Assembly: GCA_964016885.1 (NCBI GenBank)
Contig: CAXHJY010001063.1
Location: forward strand, 71,950 to 135,949
Reading direction: 5' to 3'
DNA from: Eledone cirrhosa
Lineage: Eukaryota
Length of the DNA stretch: 64,000 nucleotides
This document shows positions 15,001-27,643 of the stretch, in pieces. Each line of letters begins with the position of its first letter. Within the stretch, counting starts at the first letter, position 1. The position numbers and the translations under genes were made by a program. A model generated the notes under the pieces. That model made no database searches, had not been told where the DNA came from, and saw nothing but the letters and a program-made list of their open reading frames with translations.

Positions 15001-18000
15001 TATCACTAGTGGATAATATCAGGAATGGTAAGACTAGTGGATAATATCAGGAATGGTATGACTAGTGGATAATATCAGGAATGGTAAGACTAGTGGATAA
15101 TATCAGGAATGGTAAGAGCAGTGGATAATATCAGGAATGGTAAGAGCAGTGGATAATATCAGGAATGGTAAGAGCAGTGGATAATATCAGGAATGGTAAG
15201 ACTAGTGGATAATATCAGGAATGGTAAGACTAGTGGATAATATCAGGAATGGTAAGACCAGTGGATAATATCAGGAATGGTATGACTAGTGGATAATATC
15301 AGGAATGGTATGACTAGTGGATAATATCAGGAATGGTAAGACTAGTGGATAATATCAGGAATGGTAAGACCAGTGGATAATATCAGGAATGGTAAGACTA
15401 GTGGATAATATCAGGAATGGTATGACCAGTGGATAATATCAGGAATGGTATGACTAGTGGATAATATCAGGAATGGTAAGACCAGTGGATAATATCAGGA
15501 ATGGTATCACTAGTGGATAATATCAGGAATGGTAAGACTAGTGGATAATATCAGGAATGGTAAGACCAGTGGATAATATCAGGAATGGTAAGACTAGTGG
15601 ATAATATCAGGAATGGTAAGACCAGTGGATAATATCAGGAATGGTAAGACTAGTGGATAATATCAGGAATGGTAAGACTAGTGGATAATATCAGGAATGG
15701 TAAGACCAGTGGATAATATCAGGAATGGTAAGACTAGTGGATAATATCAGGAATGGTATGACCAGTGGATAATATCAGGAATGGTATGACTAGTGGATAA
15801 TATCAGGAATGGTATGACTAGTGGATAATATCAGGAATGGTAAGAGCAGTGGATAATATCAGGAATGGTAAGAGCAGTGGATAATATCAGGAATGGTAAG
15901 ACTAGTGGATAATATCAGGAATGGTAAGACTAGTGGATAATATCAGGAATGGTAAGACTGGTGGATAATATCAGGAATGGTAAGACTAGTGGATAATATC
16001 AGGAATGGTAAGACTAGTGGATAATATCAGGAATGGTAAGACTAGTGGATAATATCAGGAATGGTAAGACCAGTGGATAATATCAGGAATGGTAAGACCA
16101 GTGGATAATATCAGGAATGGTAAGACTGGTGGATAATATCAGGAATGGTAAGACTAGTGGATAATATCAGGAATGGTAAGACCAGTGGATAATATCAGGA
16201 ATGGTAAGACTGGTGGATAATATCAGGAATGGTAAGACTAGTGGATAATATCAGGAATGGTAAGACTAGTGGATAATATCAGGAATGGTAAGCTGGTGGA
16301 TAATATCAGGAATGGTAAGACTAGTGGATAATATCAGGAATGGTAAGACTAGTGGATAATATCAGGAATGGTATGACCAGTGGATAATATCAGGAATGGT
16401 AAGACCAGTGGATAATATCAGGAATGGTAAGACTGGTGGATAATATCAGGAATGGTATGACTAGTGGATAATATCAGGAATGGTATGACTAGTGGATAAT
16501 ATCAGGAATGGTAAGAGCAGTGGATAATATCAGGAATGGTAAGACTAGTGGATAATATCAGGAATGGTAAGAGCAGTGGATAATATCAGGAATGGTAAGA
16601 CTAGTGGATAATATCAGGAATGGTAAGAGCAGTGGATAATATCAGGAATGGTAAGACTAGTGGATAATATCAGGAATGGTAAGACTAGTGGATAATATCA
16701 GGAATGGTAAGACTAGTGGATAATATCAGGAATGGTAAGCTGGTGGATAATATCAGGAATGGTAAGACTAGTGGATAATATCAGGAATGGTAAGACTAGT
16801 GGATAATATCAGGAATGGTATGACCAGTGGATAATATCAGGAATGGTAAGACCAGTGGATAATATCAGGAATGGTAAGACTGGTGGATAATATCAGGAAT
16901 GGTATGACTAGTGGATAATATCAGGAATGGTATGACTAGTGGATAATATCAGGAATGGTAAGAGCAGTGGATAATATCAGGAATGGTAAGAGCAGTGGAT
17001 AATATCAGGAATGGTAAGACTGGTGGATAATATCAGGAATGGTAAGACTGGTGGATAATATCAGGAATGGTAAGACTAGTGGATAATATCAGGAATGGTA
17101 TGACTAGTGGATAATATCAGGAATGGTAAGAGCAGTGGATAATATCAGGAATGGTAAGAGCAGTGGATAATATCAGGAATGGTAAGAGCAGTGGATAATA
17201 TCAGGAATGGTAAGACTGGTGGATAATATCAGGAATGGTATGACCAGTGGATAATATCAGGAATGGTAAGACTGGTGGATAATATCAGGAATGGTATGAC
17301 TAGTGGATAATATCAGGAATGGTAAGACTGGTGGATAATATCAGGAATGGTAAGACTAGTGGATAATATCAGGAATGGTATGACTAGTGGATAATATCAG
17401 GAATGGTAAGACTAGTGGATAATATCAGGAATGGTAAGACTGGTGGATAATATCAGGAATGGTATGACTAGTGGATAATATCAGGAATGGTATGACTAGT
17501 GGATAATATCAGGAATGGTATGACTAGTGGATAATATCAGGAATGGTAAGACTGGTGGATAATATCAGGAATGGTATGACTAGTGGATAATATCAGGAAT
17601 GGTAAGAGCAGTGGATAATATCAGGAATGGTAAGACTAGTGGATAATATCAGCAATGGTATGACCAGTGGATAATATCAGGAATGGTAAGACTGGTGGAT
17701 AATATCAGGAATGGTAAGACCAGTGGATAATATCAGGAATGGTAAGACTGGTGGATAATATCAGGAATGGTAAGACTGGTGGATAATATCAGGAATGGTA
17801 TGACTAGTGGATAATATCAGGAATGGTAAGACTAGTGGATAATATCAGGAATGGTATGACTAGTGGATAATATCAGGAATGGTAAGACTAGTGGATAATA
17901 TCAGGAATGGTAAGACTGGTGGATAATATCAGGAATGGTATGACTAGTGGATAATATCAGGAATGGTAAGACTAGTGGATAATATCAGGAATGGTATGAC

Positions 18001-18560
18001 TAGTGGATAATATCAGGAATGGTATGACTAGTGGATAATATCAGGAATGGTAAGAGCAGTGGATAATATCAGGAATGGTAAGAGCAGTGGATAATATCAG
18101 GAATGGTAAGAGCAGTGGATAATATCAGGAATGGTAAGACTAGTGGATAATATCAGGAATGGTAAGACTAGTGGATAATATCAGGAATGGTAAGAGCAGT
18201 GGATAATATCAGGAATGGTAAGACTAGTGGATAATATCAGCAATGGTAAGACTGGTGGATAATATCAGGAATGGTATGACCAGTGGATAACATCAGCAAT
18301 GGTATGACCAGTGGATAATATCAGGAATGGTAAGAGTAGTGGATAATATCAGGAATGGTAAGACTGGTGGATAATATCAGGAATGGTAAGACTGGTGGAT
18401 AATATCAGGAATGGTAAGACCAGTGGATAATATCAGGAATGGTAAGACTGGTGGATAATATCAGGAATGGTATGACTAGTGGATAATATCAGGAATGGTA
18501 AGACCAGTGGATAATATCAGGAATGGTAAGACTAGTGGATAATAGTAATGGTAAGACCAG
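1..18560. repeat. 28-bp tandem satellite (GTGGATAATATCAGGAATGGTAAGACTA), ~660 copies, runs off the window start
   Basis: 28-bp period read directly (phase recurs every 420 bp = 15 units); variation concentrated in the last few bases (AAG/ATG; ACTA/ACCA/AGCA/ACTG); stops in all frames. Confidence 0.99.
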
Positions 18561-18935
18561 CGTTCGATCTACTGATCGTTTCTGTCCAATCTACTGATCA
18601 GTTCCGCTCGATCTACTGATCAGTTCCGCTCGATCCGCAGATCAGTTCCGTCCGATCTGCTGATCAGTTCCGCTCGATCTGATGATCAATTCCGTCCAAT
18701 CTGCTGATCAGTTCCGTCCAATCTGCTGATCAGTTCCGTCCAATCTGCTGATCAGTTCCGTCCAATCTGCTGATCAATTCCGTCCAATCTGCTGATCAGT
18801 TCCGTCCAATCTGCTGATCAGTTCCGTCCGATCTGCTGATCAGTCCCGCTCTATCTGCTGATCAGTTCCGTCCGATCTGCTGATCAGTTCCGTCCGATCT
18901 GCTGATCAGTCCCGCTCTATCTGCTGATCAGTTCC
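18561..18935. repeat. 22-bp minisatellite (CTGCTGATCAGTTCCGTCCAAT), ~16 copies
   Basis: Direct tandem copies abutting the 28-mer array; each unit contains the palindrome CTGATCAG. Confidence 0.95.
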
Positions 18936-18974
18936 TTAACTATTATCTCAATGTTAGAAATCACTAAGATAACA

Positions 18975-19070
18975 ATCATCATCATCAGCGTCATCATCAA
19001 CACCGCTATCATCATCATAGCCATACTCAATACCATGATATTCACTAAAGCCATGCCGCAAACTTCTTGT

Positions 19071-19105
<35 letters not shown>

Positions 19106-19461
19106 TTATTGCTATTATTGTTGGTGCTGCTGCTGCTACTACTACTACTATTTTTGTTGCTGCTGCTGCTACTACTAAACTACTACTACCACAACTACTA
19201 CTACCACTACCACCACTACTACTACCACTACCACTACCATTACCAGTACTACTACTACCACCACCACCACCACCACTACTACTACTACCACCACTACCAC
19301 CACTACTACCACTACTGTTTTAAACATATAACAAGATTTTCTCTCACGAAACCTCTAAGCCATATAACTGACAACAATTGCAGCTTCTAAAACCATGTTT
19401 TGTATGTATATCGCTTTCAAACATTTGCTTTCTTTTGTTAACAGCTAATAGCTATTTCATT

Positions 19462-19546
<85 letters not shown>

Positions 19547-19547
19547 T

Positions 19548-19580
<33 letters not shown>

Positions 19581-19734
19581 TTCTCTCTCTCTCTCTATAT
19601 ATATATAACTCTTTCATTTCCTCTCCCTCTCTCTATATATATATATCTTTCATTTCTCTCTCTCTCTCCCTCTATATATATATATATCTTTCATTTCTCT
19701 CTCTCCCTCTCTATATATATATATATATATATAT
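18975..19734. repeat. Compound microsatellites (ATC)n, (TAC)n, (CAC)n, then (CT)n(AT)n blocks
   Basis: Visible simple repeats; source of the poly-Y/L/H ORFs. Confidence 0.95.
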
Positions 19735-22098
19735 ACGGATGAGGTCTGTGGCTGGAGTAAGACCACAAGCAGGAGGAGAGTGACTTGGTGGTGGAACAAT
19801 AAGGTAGATGAGGCAGTTAAGGCCAAGAGACAGGCATGGAAAGAATTGAAGAACGGGGGGAGCAGGGTACATTACATAGAGACCAAGAGGGAAGCTAGGC
19901 GACAAGTATACTTAGCTAGGAGGGAAGCAGAGGATAGAAAATTCAAGCAAGTTTTGCAACGTGAGGACCAGAAACAGGAGGTGTTCAAGATTGCGAGGCA
20001 GTGTGTCAGAGAGAATTGTGATGTCATTGGAGAGAAGTGTTTCCGGAATATAAAGGTGAGCTTTCCCTCACAAGTGCTGAGAAGAAAGATGCATGGAAGA
20101 GTCATTATGATAGATTACTAAATGAGGAGAATGCATGGGAAGAAGAGACCCTACCCCAAGTAGACCCTATAGAGTACAAGTCAGCAGCCGCGTAGTAAGT
20201 AAGGCAATCAAAGATATGAAGATGGGGAAGGCAACCGGTCCATCGGGTATAGCTGCCGAGATGCTGAAGGCATCTGTGTCTGTAGGTCACACTATAACCA
20301 CACGTATTGTTAACCAGGTAATACTAGAAGGTGTCATACCAAAAGATTGGTGGAGTAGCATCATTGTCAACTGCTACAAAGGTAAAGGTGATGCACTAGA
20401 TAGAGGAAACTATAGAGGTATAAAGCTGATGGACCAGGTCATGAAAGTAACAGAAAGAGTTATAGCACAGTTGATTAGGGACCGGGTGAAACTAGACGAG
20501 ATGCAATTTGGGTTTGTACCAGGAAGAGGCACCCCTGATGCCCTCTTCCTTGTCAGGCAGTTACAGGAAAAGTACCTAGCTAAAAGTAAGCCACTCTGCC
20601 TGGCATTTGTCGATCTTGAGAAAGCCTTTGACAGAGTTCCACGTGCTGTAATCTGGTGGGCTTTTAGAAAACTAGGAGTAGATGAATGGCTTGTGAAAGC
20701 GGTACAAGCCATGTATAGGGGAGCAGTCAGCAAAGTTAGGATTAGCAATGAGTATAGCGAGGAATTTAGCGTACAGGTTGGGGTCCACCAGGGCTCTGTT
20801 CTTAGCCCCCTCCTGTTCATCATAGTCCTGCAGGCAATAACGGAGGAGTTTAAGACCGGATGCCCATGGGAACTCCTGTATGCTGATGACCTCGCACTTA
20901 TAGCTGAATCTATTGTAGAACTAGAGAAGAAATTCCAAATTTGGAAGCAGGGACTAGAAAGAAAGGGTCTCAAAGTCAACATGACAAAGACTAAGGTCCT
21001 TGTAAGTAGACGAGAAAACAGAACCCAGATCCCCTCAGGGAAATGGCCTTGCTCAGTATCTAGGAAGGGTGTAGGTAGGAACTCCATTCTCTGCCCCAAA
21101 TGCAAACAATGGGTACACAAGAGATGTAGCGGGATCTCAGGAAGCTTAATTAAGAATGTAGGCTTCACATGCAGCAGCTGTGCTGGGACAGCGAGCAGCA
21201 AACAGCCACAGGAAACAAGTACCACCAATCTCTGGGAGGGCTCTGTAGAAACAGTAGACAGCTTCTGCTACCTAGGTGACCGATAGCCGTGGAGGTGGGT
21301 GTTCAGAAAGTACAATAACTAGGGTAAGAACGGGATGGAAGAAGTTTAGGGAACTACTACCACTGCTAGCTGCAAAAGGCTTCGCCCTCAAAATGAAAGG
21401 CAGACTGTATGATGCGTGTATCCGAACAGCGATGTTGCATGGTAGTGAGACCTGGGCGCTGAAGGTGGAAGACTTACGTAGATTAGAGAGAAACGAAGCC
21501 TACATGCTCCGATAGATGTGTAACAGTAATATACGTGAACGACAAAGCATAAATGAATTGAGAGAGTGACTGAGCATAAGAGGAATCAAATGCTGTGTGC
21601 AGGAGAGGCGGTTGCGCTGGTATGGACATGTGATGCGTATGAAGGATGACAGCTGCATAAAAAGGTGCAGAGCACTAGAAGTCGATGGAAACCGCGGAGT
21701 GGGGAGACCCAAGATGATCTGGGATGAGGTGATAAAAGCCGACCTTACCCAATTACACCTCTCAAAGGCGATGACACACGACCGTGACCTCTGGCGTCAC
21801 GCAGTAATACAGAGTACCCGACTTCCCATGGGTACGAGTTGAAGCATATAGACAATATGCCCCCACACCCCCCACTGCAAGGTGGTCATGGAGGTGCCAC
21901 GGCAAAAATGCACCCAGCCCACACTGTAAAGTGGACGTGTAGGCGCCACGAAAAAGCACCCAACACTCACTGTAAATGAGGTTGGTGGTAGTAAGGGCAT
22001 CCAGCTGTAGAAATCAAGCCAAATCAGTTCCTGTATGAACAAGGCATGGTCAGCCGATCAGACACTGCCCACAACAGGACAACGCGTCTAACCCATAC
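19735..22098 (+). mobile_element. 5'-truncated, decayed RTE-clade non-LTR retrotransposon
   Basis: Consecutive frameshifted ORF pieces (19780-20121, 20135-21286, 21276-21515, 21597-21842) with RT motifs and RTE-type C-terminus (RRLRWYGHVMR, GRPK..W); 3' UTR shares AAGGGCATCCAGCTGTAGAAA with the 24.3-25.0 kb repeat. Confidence 0.92.
20135..21286 (+). pseudogene. Reverse transcriptase domain of the RTE element followed by a PHD-like zinc finger
   Basis: NYRGIKL, QFGFVPGRGT, AFVDLEKAFDRV, GVHQGSVLSPLLF, LYADD; then CSVS..CPKCKQWVHKRC..CSSC; frameshifts on both sides. Confidence 0.92.
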
Positions 22099-22164
22099 TA
22101 TATATATACATACATATATATATACATACATATATACATACATACATATATATATATATACATA

Positions 22165-22214
<50 letters not shown>

Positions 22215-22238
22215 CATACATACATATATACATACATA

Positions 22239-22279
<41 letters not shown>

Positions 22280-22490
22280 ACATACATATATACATACATA
22301 CATATATACATACATATATATATATACATACATATATATATATATACATACACATATATATATATATACATACATACATATATATACATACATACATATA
22401 TACATATATATATACATACATATTTATATACATACATATATATATACATATATATATATACATATATATATATACATATATATATATATA
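22099..22490. repeat. (TA)n/(TACA)n microsatellite
   Basis: Simple repeat. Confidence 0.97.
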
Positions 22491-23117
22491 TTTTGAGTAT
22501 ATGTTGGTTGTATACCAACACCTAGTATGCAAGGTGGAGCACTCGACGAAGTGCGCAGGTTGGTTTGGTTACTCCGGAGTAATGTAAAATAAAGTTAAAT
22601 AAAAATCAAATGTTTAAAATTTAGTGTTTGTGTTTGCTATTGTTTGTGTTTACTACAGGGAGCCTCACCCCAGAAAGAATTCTATAGACTTCTGACTGAG
22701 TAATGCACTCAGAACTGACCAATGGGAAGTTTGACACTTTTTTGTTATTTTGTTCCTTTACCACCTTGTTCCTTCTACCACATTATCAATGTTTTAAGCA
22801 AACTACAACAATAACAACACTTAGAATGAGGAATGTTCTAACAACTGACCAATGAGAGGAGAAGAGGCCCTTTGACACTGAAATTCGTTTGTTTGAATTC
22901 ATATGATTCCAGTTCCTCAGTGAAATAACAAAACAACCAGGAACTGGGCATATCAGAGTATTGACAATATTATACACCTCAACAACATATGTACTTGTCT
23001 ATACCATACTAATTCGGACTGCCTGAAGAGGTCACAGCCAAAGATGGCTGTCACTGAAATATATATAGCAGTAATAAACGAAGCTAAATTTTAAACATTT
23101 GACTTTTTATTTAACTT

Positions 23118-23125
<8 letters not shown>
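22491..23125. mobile_element. Non-coding Penelope pseudo-LTR-type fragment with hammerhead ribozyme; same family as 43507-44049
   Basis: First ~130 bp and last ~220 bp match 43507-44049; short inverted repeat 22582-22625 vs 23082-23124; (TA)n flanks on both sides. Confidence 0.75.
23018..23072 (+). ncRNA. Minimal type I hammerhead ribozyme (family B)
   Basis: ACTGC-CTGAAGA-GGTCACAGCCA-AAGA-TGGCTGTCACT-GAAA-TATATA-TA-GCAGT: stem I, conserved core, stem II, palindromic stem III, AUA cleavage triplet. Confidence 0.88.
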
Positions 23126-23202
<77 letters not shown>

Positions 23203-23319
23203 CATATATACATATATATACATATATATATATATACATATAACGAAGGAAATATGGTAAGGAACCAGGTGGACCATAACGCACCAAAGTACTCAGTACT
23301 TAGGGTAGTAGAGTGGGTA

Positions 23320-23403
23320 ATAGGAACGAGTAGGACCCCGACGGCTGAGCACAAGCCGTCCAAACGGCTTGAGCTCAGCGGTCGGGGTCCTACTCGTTCC
23401 TAT
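23320..23403. repeat. ~84-bp near-perfect GC-rich palindrome (hairpin)
   Basis: TAGGAACGAGTAGGACCCCGAC-G-GCTGAGC-A-CAAGCCGT loop ACGGCTTG-A-GCTCAGC-G-GTCGGGGTCCTACTCGTTCCTA. Confidence 0.9.
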
Positions 23404-23469
23404 ATATACACATATATATATATATATATATATATGGATATAAATATAGATATATATATGCAATACCCA

Positions 23470-26240
23470 CATTCACACATATATATCAGTACACAACACA
23501 CACACACATATATATCAGTACACAACACACTCACACATATACATCAGTACATAACACACACACACACATATATATCAGTACACAACACACTCACACATAT
23601 ACATCAGTACACAACACACACACACACATATATATCAGTACACTCACACACATACATATATATCAGTACACAACACACACACACATATACATCAGTACAC
23701 ACACATATATATATCAGTACACAACACACATATACATCAGTACACAACACACACACACATATATATCAGTACACTCACACACATACATATATATCAGTAC
23801 ACAACACACACACACATATATATCAGTACACAACACAATCACACATATATATCAGTACACACTCACACACATACATATATATATATCAGTACACAACACA
23901 CACATATATCAGTACATAGCACACTCACATACTCACACATATATATCAGTACATAACAGACACACACACATATACATCAGTACACAACACACACACACAT
24001 ATACATCAGTACACAACACACTCACACATATATATCAGTACACAACATACATACATCAGTACACAACATACATACATCAGTACACAACACACACACATAT
24101 ATATCAGTACACAACACACACACACACACATAAGACCCGCCTTACCTAAGTACAAAGTGAAACCTACTACAGTCAGTAGGCACCTCTAACAAAATACACC
24201 CTCGTACCACTACCCCCACCCCATCCACACCACCCCTTTCAATGTAGAGTTATGTTGGTACCACAACATCCAGGCCGAAACAAATGAGGTCGTGTAGGTG
24301 TCACGACAAAAAACACAGTCCACGCTGTAATGTGGCCGTGTAGGTAACATGGTAAAAACCTACCAGTCCACACTAAATGTGGTTGGTGTTAGGAAGGGCA
24401 TCCAGCCGTAGAAAACCCGCCAGACAGTCCACGCTGTAATGTGGCCGTGTAGGTAACACGGTAAAAACCTCCCAGTTCCACACTGTAAATGTGGTTGGTG
24501 TTAGGAAGGGCATCCAGCTGTAGAAAACCCACCAGATAGTCCACGCTGTAATGTGGCCGTGTAGGGAACACGGTAAAAACCTCCCAGTCGACACTGTAAA
24601 TGTGGTTGGTGTTAGGAAGGGCATCCAGCCGTAGAAAACCCGCCAGACAGTCCACGCTGTAATGTGGCCGTGTAGGGAACACGGTAAAAACCTCCCAGTC
24701 CCACACTGCAAATGTGGTTGGTGTTAGGAAGGGCATCCAGCTGTAGAAAACCCGCCAGGCAGTCCACGCTGTAATGTGGCCATGTAGGTAAAACGGTAAA
24801 AATCTCCCAGTCCCACACTGTAAATGTGGTTGGTGTTAGGAAGGGCATCCAGCTGTAGAAAACCCGCCAGACAGTCCACGCTGTAATGTGGCCGTGTAGG
24901 TAACACGGTAAAAACCTCCCAGTCCCACACTGTAAATGTGGTTGGTGTTAGGAAGGGCATCCAGCTGTAGAAAACCCGCCAGACAGTCCTATGCGAGCAA
25001 GACAACCACTCTTGCCTCAAGTGGGAAAACCCCCGTCCAAACCCATGCAAGCGTGGAATTATGGACGTTAAACGATGATGATGATGATATATATCAGTAC
25101 ACACACACACATATACATCAGTACACACACATATATATCAGTACACACACACACATATATATCAGTACACACACACATATACATCAGTACACACACACAT
25201 ATATATCAGTACACACACACATATATATCAGTACACACACACATATATATCAGTACACAACACACTCACACATATATCAGTACACACACACACACATATA
25301 CATCAGTACACACACATATATATATCAGTACACACACATATATATCAGTACACACACACATATATATATCAGTACACTCACACACATATACATCAGTACA
25401 CAACACACATATATATTAGTACACACACACATATATATCAGTACACTCACACACATATATATCAGTACATACACATATATATATCAGTACACACACACAC
25501 ATATATATATCAGTACACACACATATATATCAGTACACTCACACATATATATATCAGTACACTCACACACATATATATCAGTACACACATACACATATAT
25601 ATCAGTACACACACACATGTATATCAGTACACACACATATATATATCAGTACACACACACATATATATCAGTACACACACATATATATATCAGTACACAC
25701 ACACATATACATCAGTACACACATACATATACATCAGTACACAACACACACACACATATATATCAGTACACAACACACACACATATACATCAGTACACTC
25801 ACACATATATATCAGTACACAACACACATATACATCAGTACACACACACACATATATATCAGTACACACACACATATATATCAGTACACAACATACATAT
25901 ATATATCAGTACACACACACATATGTATCAGTACACTCACACATATACATCAGTACACAACACACATATATATCACTACACAACACACTCACACATATAC
26001 ATCAGTACACAACACACACACACATATATATCAGTACACACACACATATACATCAGTACACTCACACATATACATCAGTACACAACACACTCACACATAT
26101 ACATCAGTACACAACACACTCACACATATACATCAGTACACTCACACATATATCAGTACACAACACACACACACATATATATCAGTACACAAACACATAT
26201 ACATCAGTACACACACACATATATATCAGTACACACACAT
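23470..26240. repeat. Compound minisatellite TATATCAGTA(CA)n, interrupted at 24132-25087
   Basis: Recurrent ATCAGTACAC core separated by variable CA/TA runs. Confidence 0.93.
24132..25088 (+). mobile_element. RTE-type 3' end/SINE tail with six tandem copies of a ~112-bp internal segment and a (GAT)n tail
   Basis: Units start at ~24315, 24424, 24536, 24647, 24759, 24871; core GTTGGTGTTAGGAAGGGCATCCAGCTGTAGAAAA resembles the RTE 3' UTR at ~21965-22015; ends GGACGTTAAACGATGATGATGATGAT. Confidence 0.82.
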
Positions 26241-26364
26241 CCTTGTTGCCCCTTATGTGATCCTACTAAAATATATATGAACACTTCAAGAGTTTCGTGA
26301 CTAAAATCAGTATCTGTAATTCCAGAACTGGCACCATACCTTCTTTTACGACCTCTAAGTACAT

Positions 26365-27210
26365 CTTACACACACATTATCTCACATACATACATACACT
26401 ATCTCACATACACTATCACACATACACTATCTCACATACACTATCTCACACGCGCGCACACACATACTATCTCACAAAGGCACATACATACATACACTTT
26501 CTCACATACACACACACACACAATCTCACATACACACACACAATCTCACAAACACACACAATCTCACAAACACATACACACTATCTCACATACACACATA
26601 CATACACAATCTCACATACACACCCTCTCACATACACACATACATACACTATCTCATACATACACACGTGCGCAGACGCACAGCAAAATACACACGTGCA
26701 CATATACACACACATCCCCCTACCCGCCACAATCCCACAATACCCCCCCACACACACACACACACAGGAGCCCTACTCCCCCCACGACCCCCTACACAAC
26801 ACACACCAAATATGTAAATATACAAATGAAAATTGAAATAAAAACTAGTAACGAAATTCAACAATTTCTTTCATGGAAAAAGATTAATCTATTTTACTAC
26901 TACCACCACTACCACTAATCCCACCACCACCACCACCACTCTCCCACCACCACTACCACTAATCCCACCACCACCACCACCACCATTACCACCACCACCA
27001 CCACCACTACTACCACCACCACCACCACCATCACCACTACTGCTGCCAGCATCCCTACAACTACCACCACCACCACTTACTCCCACCACCACCACCACCA
27101 CTGCTGCCAGCATCCCTACTACTACTACAACAACAACCAGCAGCACTACTACTACCACCACCACCACCGCTGCCAGCATCCCTACTACTACTACAACAAC
27201 AACCAGCAGC

Positions 27211-27245
<35 letters not shown>

Positions 27246-27267
27246 CAGCAACATTACTATTATTGCT

Positions 27268-27301
<34 letters not shown>

Positions 27302-27302
27302 G
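26365..27302. repeat. Low-complexity CTATCTCACATACA repeats then (CAC)n/(TAC)n tracts
   Basis: Visible simple repeats. Confidence 0.9.
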
Positions 27303-27513
27303 CTATCAATCGTCTGCCTCACGTAGGTCACATGACCGAGGAAATTGATCTGTGGTCGGTGAGACGACCGTGACAAATTATAATAAAATGACCACAAGGG
27401 ACGTGGAAAATATTGGAGGAGATCCGGGAATGAACACTAAGTACTAAGGATCCCTGTCCGGTGACTCTATCACGATGACATGTTTGAAGGACCACAATGG
27501 GTGTGTGATTGTG

Positions 27514-27643
27514 ACTCATTCTAAATAGAGGGGTGCAGTATTTTAGTTACCCTGATAGTTGCTGTGACCCTTCACACGACTCATTCTAAATAGAGGGGTG
27601 CAGTATTTTAGTTACCCTGATAGTTGCTGTGACCCTTCACACT
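27514..27643. repeat. 65-bp tandem duplication at the left edge of the 51-bp array
   Basis: GACTCATTCTAAATAGAGGGGTGCAG...GACCCTTCACAC occurs twice in tandem. Confidence 0.9.

Noticed and set aside
1-18560. CRISPR-like array (constant repeat with variable part)
   Set aside because: Variable part is only ~6 bp from a few recurring alleles; no unique spacers, no cas genes, eukaryotic context.
20410-21228. 272-aa minus-strand ORF
   Set aside because: Antisense shadow of the RT frame, no motifs.
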